Assembly (NCBI GenBank): GCA_964106645.2
Contig: OZ067042.1
Direction: 5' to 3' (one strand)
DNA: 64,000 bases
From: Podarcis pityusensis
Taxonomy: Eukaryota
The notes under the pieces are model-generated. The model was not told where the DNA came from. It made no database searches and was given only the letters and a program-made list of their open reading frames with translations. Positions within the stretch are counted from its first letter, which is position 1, and each line of letters starts with the position of its first letter. Made by a program: the position numbers and the translations under genes. Shown one piece after another: positions 1-37,630 of the stretch.

Positions 1-614
1 CATTCCCCACCCACCCACCCCACTCTACGTGCCTTACTTGGTGAAAACACAGCACTGTACATCCCAAGCTACCCTCACTTCAGGGCCAATGTTTCGTTTG
101 TATTGCTCTCAAGTGTTCACAAGGTTAATTATGCCTGTACCTTTGGGGGGAAGAGGGAAAGAGGGGCAGGAGAGAGAAGGCTGGGCCACCCTTAACTCAG
201 CCCACTTTCCTGAATAGAGGAAGTGGCGTGATGGGGATGGCGTGATTTTACTCATCAAGAGCCAGCCTTCCCACAGAACAAGACCCTCCCCTCCTGGAAT
301 GTACCAAGGCCCTTGTTACAGGCACATTACATTCCACTTCGCTCACATACAGTTTTCAATGCAACAAAGGCCATGAGAATTTCCCAGGGCTGCAAAAAAA
401 CCTCTAAGGGGAAAGGACAAATGCCACGTCAACCGCAATAGCTGCGTAGTACCTAGAAGGGAATATTATTCATGTCAATGCTCTCTATTCAGCAACATTT
501 CTCACTGTACGTTCTGTACTGGGGTATGTGGTCATGAGCACAAGATATATAGATGTCTTGCAGGAGTTGCAAAGCAGGCACATCCATGTAGCTTAAAGCT
601 TTTCTGAACGAAAA

Positions 615-745
615 AGCTGGATAGCTCAGTTGGTTAGATCGTAGTGCTGGGAACACCAAGGTTACAGGTTTGAGCCCCATATTGGACAGCTGCAGGGGGT
701 TGGACTAGATGACCCTCAGGATCCCTTCCAACTATGATTCTATGA
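615..745 (+). mobile_element. tRNA-derived SINE with CR1-type 3' tail (POM/Squam2-like)
   Basis: A box tagctcagttgg, B-box-like ggtttgagccc, tail ggactagatgaccctcaggatcccttccaac...gattctatga. Confidence 0.8.
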
Positions 746-1767
746 AATACATGGAATCAGAAATCAGGAAAAGACTGGCTTATTATAGCAATCACCAAAG
801 AGATACAGTATATATGGCATTAGTACTTAAATGAATACTCCTGCCCATTGTTATTACGGTTATGATTATGAGTCGGGCTTTCCCTTCGTCTTTTCACATG
901 CTCCCCAAATCTGCTCCAAGGGGTCCCTCTACTCTTGAAGGTGTGGAGGAGGCTGCAGGAGAGACAAAGGGGAAGTTTCACTGTGGTAGTGGCAGCCTGT
1001 TGCTTGAGCAGAACAGCACCACTGGATAGAGTTGTTTTTAAATTATTGTTATTATTATTAATTATGTAATAGCAAATAAAAGCCCTTTCATAATAGTGAA
1101 TAAAATTGCTGCTCAGATTATACTGGTAGGAAAGAATTAACAAGAATAAGCAAGAAGGTCACAGAGGAATATTGCTTCATGCTGATAGGCACAAAGATGT
1201 CAGAGATTTAGAAGTGAGCCATTGCCTCTGTCCAAGGACGAATGATGTAAAAATTATCTGCATGCCTCTGCCCAGAGAGCAAAGGCCTCCCGACACCTCG
1301 GGCTGAGGGTTAACAGCTCTTTCAGATTCTGTTGTCTAATGTACCTTGACATGAAATCGTAGCTTGCAATTCATCACCCTTTTAACAGGAAAGGCAAGAC
1401 CACAAGCAACTTTGAGGACAGGGCGGGTGGGGCGGAGGGAGGGTTTCCTTTATCCCAAGGCAAGTTGTGTTTTCATTGGATCTGAGACCACATAGCGGGA
1501 GCATATTCCCCCCCCCCCGCCTATGTGGTTCTCCTATTCTTTCGCAGCTATCCGCTGATATTTAGGCAAACCGAAGGACCTATTGAAGATAAGGCATGAT
1601 GTCATGCCACTCAGAAAGGGACCAATAAGGACCCTGCTTTGGACCATAACAAAGACTGCTGTGCCTATTGACAGCAATTCCGCAGGCTCTAGTGTTTGAA
1701 ACAGCAACTCCCAAAGGAAATTCAGGCAATTCATGTATCTCCAGCTAGAGATGTAACCAACTCCAGG

Positions 1768-1860
1768 CTGAAGCCCTGGAGAGAGGCTACCAGTCAGTGT
1801 AGACAATACTGAGCTAGATGGACCAGTAATTTGACTCTGTGAAAGGCAGGTTCCTATGTG
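1768..1860 (+). mobile_element. Retroposon 3' tail fragment (CR1-type)
   Basis: gagctagatggaccagtaatttgactc...ttcctatgt; related copies near 54040-54170, 46500-46650 and 28860-28920. Confidence 0.55.
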
Positions 1861-2296
1861 CTACCAGGCATGGGTGTTGTGGTTAAAGAAGGACATGATA
1901 CAGCTGCACACTGCTCTTTAATGAAGCCAAAATGCAGACAGAGAGTGATGGTGAAAATGTCTGCTAAAGCCAAGGTCACATGTAGGAGGGCAGAGAAGGC
2001 GTGGCATGGTACACTAGAACCGATGCAAAATTAGGACCAAAAGCAGGAAACGTGAGAGATCAAAGTTCCCAGCTGTTAATTCATTATCCCATCCTTCCTC
2101 CATGTTCATGTTCAGTGCTGTGTGGAGTTCGGCATCATCTCATTTTAACCTCACTACAGCCACCCCGTTCCTAGTATGTGACTTGCCCACACATTCTGAG
2201 CTGGTGAACTTAATGTTTCAGCAGGCATTCAGACTCAAGTCTTTCTAATCCAAGTGTAACAGCCTATATATTCTACACTACAGCTAGAGGCCCCAA

Positions 2297-2522
2297 CAGT
2301 GGTGTATAGTGGTTAGAGTGCCGGACTAGGACCTGGGAGATTAGGTTCAAATTCCCTCTCAACCATGAAGCTCACTGGGTGACCATGAGCCAGTCACTAA
2401 CCTCTCAGCCTAACCTACCTCATAGGACTGTTGGGGCGATTAAATGAGGAGTGGGAAGAACCATGTATGTTACCTTGAGCTCATTGGAGAAAAAAGGTGG
2501 GATATAGACATAATACATAAAT
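2297..2522 (+). mobile_element. tRNA-derived SINE (Squam3/MIR-like)
   Basis: gtggtgtatagtggttagagtg A box, ggttcaaattcc B box; shared body with copies at 51525-51750 (-) and 61556-61720 (+). Confidence 0.8.
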
Positions 2523-2526
2523 ATAA

Positions 2527-2565
2527 CACCACCACCACCACCACCACCACCACCACCACCACCAC
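2527..2565. repeat. (CAC)n microsatellite
   Basis: Direct reading. Confidence 0.95.
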
Positions 2566-2741
2566 ATAGGGCCCTGCCTGCAGTTACATTATAAGAAGTG
2601 AAGCGCTGGGAAGGTTCAGACTTCCTGAAACAGACCGATTTATCTTTGACCTGGAAGGTGTTTTTTATGTTAACCCCCCTAGCTGCCTATGAATTGGGTT
2701 AAATGTTTCTCCACGTGCTTAGAAAACACGTTAGCTTAAAC

Positions 2742-2878
2742 CAGAGATCGGAACAGCTGTGCCCCCCCCCCCCGATCTTGTTGGACTCCAATTCCCATGA
2801 GCCCCAGCCAGCATGCATGGTCAGGGGTATGGGAGTTGTAGTCCAACAACATAAGACACACAGGTTCTTCATCTCCTG
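2742..2878. mobile_element. Palindromic hAT MITE, about 137 bp, degenerate
   Basis: ggactccaattccca ... tgggagttgtagtcc arms; same family as 37043-37180 and 45762-45897. Confidence 0.7.
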
Positions 2879-4465
2879 GTTGATACATTCCAGTATTCAG
2901 TGCCATCAATGAAAAGAGTTATTGGGGGGCCTGGGCGGAGGTTCAAATTAATTATACCAGAGGGGAAATTGAAAGAGACACAAACTTGGTATGACCCAGA
3001 AGAAAACACGGTGTTTTTTATTAGAAGTGGGCCTGGGGATTTATTTATTTTTTAAAGCAAGGTTTTATAATATTATTTACCATTTGTACAGCACTTTCCC
3101 TGGGTGTTCAGAGCGGCTCACTTCATAGCACTGACTAGTCTCTCAGGCCCTTGCAACAGCAATGACAATCAATCATGTATGTAGGAGGAGCATTATGGAC
3201 CCTCTATTAACAAGCATGTGGTAACATGAAATGGGGCTTTGAAACTGGAATACTTCTGTGAAAATGTAGGGCTTCTTCATTTTTAATTCAGCAGTTAAGC
3301 GAAGATCGGCAGGCTCAAAAAAAACCCCCACGCTCCTGACTGGAACTCGAAGGTGGCCTCTCCGTTATTTACTATCTTGGTAGGCAACAAAAGGATGTGA
3401 GAGGAGTTGCTGTGAGGAGGGAGTGGGCGAATGGGTGAAGAGGCAAGGAAGTGAGGCTGGGAAGCGTATTAAAATGAGCCAGGAAGACAATGCTAATGTG
3501 CTAAGTCAGAGCCATATGCAAATATATGCCGTGCCCTAGAAAGTCTAATCCCATCAAGAATGCCCAGGACTTTAATTTGCCCATCTTTTACAACTCATAA
3601 ATCTATCCTCCTCCCAAAGCCAGCCTGCCAAATGCCACGAAGAGGGGGCTGCTTTCAGGCTGGCAACTTCAGCGTAGCTGCCTGTATCACGCCTCAGTAA
3701 AGACTCATAAAGAGCTTTGTGTGGGGAGGACTTGGGAGCAGCTTCTCACATTTTGCCTCAATAGAGCCAAACAGTGGGAAACGTGAATGACAGATTGTCA
3801 GAACTGGTGGTCCCTCTTGTGCTGGCTTTGGCATCCTGAGCTACGGGCTTCTTGTTTTGCCGCCAGAGTTGTTGGGTTTTTCTGACAAGAATACTTTGAC
3901 CTTTGGTATATATACCTGTGGGTGGAAAACTTACATGCAGTTAAAAGACCTGAGTTTTCAAAAGTTCATGTTAACTGTTAAATTGAAAGCTACTTGGTTT
4001 TCTAAGGTTGCAAATGCAAGTGTTTCGCACCAGCATTAACTGTTTTTAAAGCAAACAGGTGACAAAGAGCAGCCATGTTTTTTCTGAAATTAACTTGCTG
4101 TTAAATGAGTCTATGAGGTATATAGCAGACCTCTGGAAGAACAGGCTAATTTCACATTATCCTTCATGTCATGATGGGGTGCTTATTCTGCTTGAACGGC
4201 GATAAGCGTTATTTGTTCTGTCATAATCAAATTTTATTTGCCCTTTACAATGAGGCAGCTACCATAAGGTTATAACAATAAAACACGCAATTATAAAACA
4301 AATGACACAAGTTACAGCCATAAAGCAAAATGTAAAAGCAATTAAAAGCAGTTTCATATACAAAACATTTAAAAACTATTCGAGATATTTTAAAAAATAA
4401 AAATATGAAACACCACACCCATTTATTCTGATTGGGGACGTATATTAATGAATGCAGACATCACC

Positions 4466-4556
4466 ATAATTTATTATTTCTACCTTGCCCATCTGGCTGG
4501 GTTTCCCCGGCCACTCTGGGCGGCTTTCAACAAAACATTAAAAACTTCCCTAAACA
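4466..4556 (-). mobile_element. L2 LINE 3' end fragment
   Basis: Matches the 3' ends at 53713-54038 and 55454-55608 (gcccatctggctgggtttcccc-gccactctgggcggct). Confidence 0.7.
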
Positions 4557-4983
4557 TACATTATTATACTTTGTTTCAAGCGGGGATAAGAGTGCAGGTG
4601 TCAGAACCAGCTCTACCATTAGGCAGTGAGAGGCCACTACCTCAGGCAGCACGTTTGAAACAAATTTCAACGACCAGTCTGGTTGGCTTTTGTAGTTAGA
4701 AGTGGGGAGGCGCCATCTTCTTTTTTACCTCAGGTAGCAACAAGTTTTGGGTTAGCTTCATAGGGAAAGTGGGTTTTGACGAAGGGATTTATGGAAGAAA
4801 GTGACAGCCCCACCTGAGCTTTTCTGGAAGAGGGTTCCAAAAAGAAGAGGCCAAGAAGGGTAGCAGGATAGATGAAACTGAATGGTGAACTTACCTCAAA
4901 ATACTATGGATGTTAAAGCTGGGCCATTGTGTCACGTGATAGCATGGGAACTACAGCAGCACTGCTCTTTCTGGTGCCACGGG

Positions 4984-5654
4984 CAGGGCCGGAATTAGGT
5001 TTGACGAGGCCCTAAGTTACTGAAGGTAATGGGGCCATATATATGTCCAGCTGTCCTTTGTCAACAACACTGTCGCTGTTTTTTGTGTTGAATATATGCT
5101 ATATTGTAATTTATGGACCTAATAGGTATCTAAAGCCATTTGCACATGTTGCCATGCAACCAGTCCATGCAGGATGTAGGCACCCTATATACAGAAATGA
5201 GCAAACCAGTGATATTTTAGGGAGCAGGATAGCAGGTAGGTCCCATTACAGTGGCACCTCGGGTTAAGAATTTAATTCGTTCCGGAGGTCCGTTCTTAAC
5301 CTGAAACTGTTCTTAACCTGAAGCACCACTTTAGTTAATGGGGCCTCCCGCTGCCACCGCGCCGCCAGAGCACAATTTCTGTTCTTATCCTGAAGCAAAG
5401 TTCTTAACCTGAAGCACTATTTCTGGGTTAGCGGAGTCTGTAACCTGAAGCGTATGTAACCTGAGGTACCACTGTACTTACATCATAGGAGCCTACACAA
5501 CACAAAACACTGCTGCTATATGTAGGTTTTATTTGTTTATCTTAGATTTTGGAAATGTACATCCAGGTTTTTTTCCTTTAAATTTTTTTGGGGCCCCCAA
5601 CAGAGTGTGGCCCTAAGCTATAGCTTGTTTAGCTTATACATAAATCCGGCACTG
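4984..5654. mobile_element. hAT-type MITE hosting a nested insertion
   Basis: TIRs cagggccggaatta / taaatccggcactg; 8-bp flanks gccacggg / gccgtggg. Confidence 0.8.
5249..5474. mobile_element. Tc1/mariner (Tigger-like) MITE nested in the hAT MITE
   Basis: TIR cagtggYacctcRggtta, TA target duplications. Confidence 0.9.
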
Positions 5655-6002
5655 GCCGTGGGGTTAGCATGAGATGCTCTGTGCAAATGCAAGAGCAGAT
5701 CAGGTGAAACTGTGACTGGGAGCAGGGAAGTCACATCAAGGTCTTACGCTGTTGACACGGGGAAGATCAGCCTTGCTGCAGCTCCCACGTTACTTGGAAA
5801 ACATGAGTACCCAAAGCCTAACTGACCATTTCCGGTAAACATGGCTGTTCTAGATTCCTTGCCCCTTCTGTTCTCCCAAACAAGATGCATCTTTCCTCTT
5901 TTGTCTGAGATAAGGTACGCCCTACAAATACAACTACACAGTAAGTAGCAGAGCTCCAGTTAGTCATTAAGAATCCAGTGTGTAGTTAACTTATAATAAA
6001 TA

Positions 6003-6241
6003 CAGTGGTACCTCGGGTTACATACGCTTCAGGTTACATACGCTTCAGGTTACAGACTCCGCTAACCCAGAAATAGCTCAGGTTAAGAACTTTGCTTCAG
6101 GATGAGAACAGAAATCGTGCTCTGGCAGTGTGGCAGCAGCAGGAGGCCCCATTAGCTAAAGTGGTGCTTCAGGTTAAGAACAGTTTCAGGTTAAGAACGG
6201 ACCTCCGGAACGAATTAAGTACTTAACCTGAGGTACCACTG
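6003..6241. mobile_element. Tc1/mariner (Tigger-like) MITE, inverted relative to 5249-5474
   Basis: TA + cagtggtacctcgggtta ... taacctgaggtaccactg + TA. Confidence 0.9.
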
Positions 6242-7499
6242 TACAGTGGTCTATTCAGAAGTTAGTCTCCTTGTATTTAATGGGGTTAAGTCCCATATGG
6301 GCAGCCCACTAAGTTATTTTATAAAAGATGGGTTTTTAATCTACAATAATTTTACTGTTATTAATTTTAAAAAATCTTTAGCGTTTAAAAATCTTGTTAT
6401 GTATCTCAGTTCTGCTGCTTGGGCAGAACACTGTAAAGTGGGATGTTTTCTTTCTTTTTACTGGAGAATTAGGAGAAATGCTGACTCCTTCCTATTTTAT
6501 CTATTAAAGGAGTACAGTAAAAATAAAAGGACGTAATTCTGCTTTCTATAGTTCCTCCAGTGACTACAGACCTAAGACAACTCTTATCAGGAGTCAATCC
6601 CTGACACATTTGAATGTTCGGATCTAGTGCCCCCTAGTGCAAAAATAGAAAACACAAAAAGCTGTACTTTTAGGAAGTGCTGGGCGTAAAATACCTGTAA
6701 CAATTACGTTTCTCCTGTGTGCGTGTCAGCTTTCTGAAGAAGTGAAATTATCCAGAACCAAGTGTTTCCAGGAATGCTATGAAAGCAGCTACTGTGCAAG
6801 CACTATTACAAATCACTTTTTGAGAGAATTGTCAAGCAAAACTACAGGGAGTGTGGCAGCACTGCAACAATGCTAACCACTTATTAGAATGTTGGGATGA
6901 TGTTATGGCTGAACTAATGTAAAACTTCCCTAAGTGTCTGAGGCTACTTTACATAGGTGAGTACAGAGAGCCAAGCAAGCTCACCCACACCATCAAGGAT
7001 ATGGAAGCGTGAAGGGGGTTAATGACAATAATCACAAGATTTAGTGTCGTTTGGCTAAAATGAGTAACTTCTGAACAGAAATGTCCTTTTGTGTGACTGT
7101 GCCTATCCTGCATAGCTGCCTTTGTGGTCCAAAGAGCAACTCAAAGATTGGGGAAACATGATTATTCCTTTGTATAGCCAACTTTAGGGGGAGGTCACTT
7201 TAAATCTTATTCTGTACAGGGAATCCTGCTACTTGAAGAACAAGGACTTCCAAAACAACTACTTCATTTGCTCCTGACAGTCCTGTCAGAATTAATTTGG
7301 TTTCCCCTCTTCTTCTGCAGAAATATGGGGAGTAAGGCCAGGCCACAGCAATGCAGCCTTCAAGCAAGATAACAGGGAGTGAGTAATTATAATTTGCAAG
7401 TGAACTTAACTCCAGAGTTTGGGGGGGAGGGGAACGTCTGCTGTTGGTGGGTCGCTGCCCTTTTTGCCACGCTTAATTGTAATGATGCAACCATACCAA

Positions 7500-9295
7500 A
7501 AAGTTTGTGAATGAAGTTTATTTGGGGCTGAATGGAATGGAATGTCGTACAATACACGTAAGACACTTCAAGATGAGTAAAGCACTAATTGCACAGGAGG
7601 CTGGAATTTCACCTCAAGTCAACACAAGCAAAACCATTACTTCAGAAAAAGCAAGGTATGTCATGCAAAATTAAAAACAAAAAACCATTCTAACCAATCT
7701 TGTGGTACCATTTAAAATGCTACCCATACCACAATAATTTACATCACATTAAATAATCATTCACAAAGAATGAAGTATTTTCAGCAATGAAATGAATTAT
7801 CTCAGTGCTTAAATGATAGATAGCAGATTTTGCATGAACACTCGATCCAGCATTTAATTAAGCTAGCGAGTGGAAAACATGCAGTGATATAGTACCATAC
7901 AAATCAAGACCCCTTTATATTTTTGTGTTGCTTGCAGGAGCAATCACATAAAAGTGATATTTACTATATTTCCCACATGATTTTATAACTATCCATGCAC
8001 TGACTTCATGTGCAATGCAATTGTTTAGGACTCAAGTCTCAAGTCCCCATATGAATCAGACAGCCCAAGCAGTCTTGGCAATCTCTCTTAAACCCTAATG
8101 TGATAATGATCCACAATTAAATTACATTATGGGTCACAATGTTGAAGAATTCCCATTGAAATGCTTAATTAAAGAAGTGGACAAATGAAACGTGGGATTA
8201 TTTACATTTACATAAGAGACTCTGAAACAAATGGGTAATCCTAGATGGAACTGAAATAAGGAAAACAGATGTTAGGAGAGGGTGTGAAAAAAGTTGACAG
8301 TGCCTTGAGGAGGTGTGAGTACTTCCTTTTCTGCCTTTTTGCCTCCAGTGACTTTCATGGGGAAACCCAGCTACCGTCTACGATGAGCAGAACATGTCTT
8401 ACAGGAAGTTGGTTAGCTAAACTGTAGACAGCAGACTTCACTCATGGAGTCCTACATACAAAAAGAAATTTGATCTCATTGCATCTCTACGCTTAGCTTT
8501 GTACTGCTGGAGGTATAGATATAGATTGGCTCATTACAAAATATATTGCCTTGGAATGAAATGGGTGCCCAAAGGTTTAACTGCACCATGTGTATAAAGT
8601 TTATTTACCTCCTCCAATATACACCCTGTGGAGGATCTGTTGAGTAATTGGAATGTTCTGTGTCTCAGGAATGCATATGACTTAATGACTGCTGGGGCAT
8701 TTCCTCCACTAAACTCTGCTTACTTAGCTAAAATCATGTGTATGTTTCTATTTGATTGGCAAATTACATGGGGTTCCCAAATCTCATGGATAGTGAAATG
8801 CAGATGAGTAATGAAACATTTGGGTGGGGGAATATTTGCATATGTTGTGGCTGTGAAACACTTTATATTACAAAACCAATGTAAATAAATACCAGGCTAG
8901 TAGAAAAGCTCTTATTTACAGGTTTTACAAATACAATTTTACTCAGTGTAAATGTAGTGTTTTAAAGAACACAGTATTAGTAAAATGAGTTCCTATATAG
9001 CAATACAATTTGTTAAGATTTCACTGTAACAGCATATAGAAAACAAAGTTCAAGTTAATGTTTTATAATTTAGTACAGACAAACCCAGTATCACCTGGAA
9101 TGAGATCTGTTAAAGTGCTGAAAAAAGGAAGTTTCTGAAATTTTAGAAAACTTACTATATATTTATTAAAGCTTTACTACGTCAAAATGTTAGATTTTAT
9201 TCACATTTTCTACCACAATGCTGTGGGGGGTAGGATACATTTTTTCAGCAATTCAGTGTACTCTTCATTTTGATCTCTGCAAAACATCTGGGGTT
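7500..9295 (-). other. TNKS2: TNKS2 3'UTR (about 1.8 kb; distal end inferred)
   Basis: AT-rich stretch after the stop with no recognisable repeats; miRNA seed matches and Pumilio elements; ends near a minus-strand AATAAA. Confidence 0.65.
7517..7522 (-). terminator. Candidate distal polyadenylation signal AATAAA
   Basis: Plus-strand tttatt at the end of the UTR-like block; other AATAAA hexamers at 8600-8605, 9162-9167 and 9196-9201. Confidence 0.6.
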
Positions 9296-36681
<27,386 letters not shown>

Positions 36682-36718
36682 GCCGGGGGCAAGAGCCAAC
36701 TTCCTCCCGCGTTCGCCC

Positions 36719-36739
36719 TCAGAGCCCAACACCCGCCAT
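36719..36739 (-). other. Upstream ORF MAGVGL* in the TNKS2 5' leader
   Basis: ATG GCG GGT GTT GGG CTC TGA, out of frame with the CDS, stop 38 nt before the main ATG; assumes the TSS lies upstream of 36739. Confidence 0.55.
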
Positions 36740-37042
36740 AGGCGGCCCGAGCTCTCTCCGCGGAGAGCGGCGGGGGGAGGCGGCGGTGGCGGCGGCGGCC
36801 GCCGCGGGGAGCAATTCGACGCCACAGTCGCCTCCGGCCGAGGCAGCCACTGAGGGGGAAAGGAGGCGGAGCAGCCGAGGTGCGCGCGCAATGATGAAGG
36901 GGGGGGAGGCGGGAGGGGAGGCGCATGCGCGATGTGCGCGAGAGAACTGCCGGCGCGGCGGTTAGAGCAACGGAGTGACGTCCGGGCAGCCGCGGTTGCT
37001 CCAGCGGTTGAAGCCCCGCCCCCAGCCCGGCTTCCTTGGGAG

Positions 37043-37180
37043 CAGCCGTTCTCAACCTGTGGGTCCCCAGATGTTGTTGGACTACAACTCCCATCATCCC
37101 TGAGCTCTGGCCTTGCTAGCAAGGGGTGATGGGAGTTGTAGTTGAACAACATCTGGAGACCTACAGGTTGAGAAAGGCAG
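37043..37180. mobile_element. hAT MITE (138 bp) at the TNKS2 promoter edge
   Basis: TIRs cagccgttctcaacctgt / acaggttgagaaaggcag; perfect 8-bp TSD cttgggag. Confidence 0.92.
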
Positions 37181-37254
37181 CTTGGGAGTCAGCTTCTCGT
37201 GGGTACCGCTGCTTGGTTACGCGTTAGGAATAACGCAATGCGTGGCTGAATACG

Positions 37255-37630
37255 GGATTGTAGCGTTGGAAGGGGATCCCCGAGGGTCATCTAGTCCAAC
37301 CCGCCCGCCCCCGCAATGCAGGAATCTCAACTAAAGCATCCTGGATGGGTGGCCATCCAATCTGCTTTAAAACCCCCAGCCTCCTGAGGGAGACAGCTGT
37401 ACTGTTGACCAGCTCTTGCTGTCAGAAAGTTCTTCCTGTTTAGTCCTAATCTACTTTGTTGTAACTTGAATGCATTGGTTCGAGTCCTGCCTTCCAGAGC
37501 AGGGGAAAACAAGCTTCCTCCTTTCTCCATGTGACAGACCTTTAGCTATTTGAAGAGGGCTATTCCCTTTCCTCTCAGTTTTTTCCAGGCTAAACATACC
37601 CAACTCCTTCAACCGTTCTTCATAAAGCCT
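37255..37630 (-). mobile_element. CR1 LINE 3' fragment
   Basis: Degenerate ORF2 C-terminus EGRTRTNAFKLQQSRL..RKNFLT plus CR1 3' tail. Confidence 0.85.

Noticed and set aside
615-690. tRNA genes here and at 10230-10278
   Set aside because: Degenerate or truncated cloverleafs fused to CR1-type tails; these are SINE heads.
1-7400. Expected syntenic neighbour FGFBP3
   Set aside because: No ORF with FGF-binding-protein features; it probably lies outside the window.
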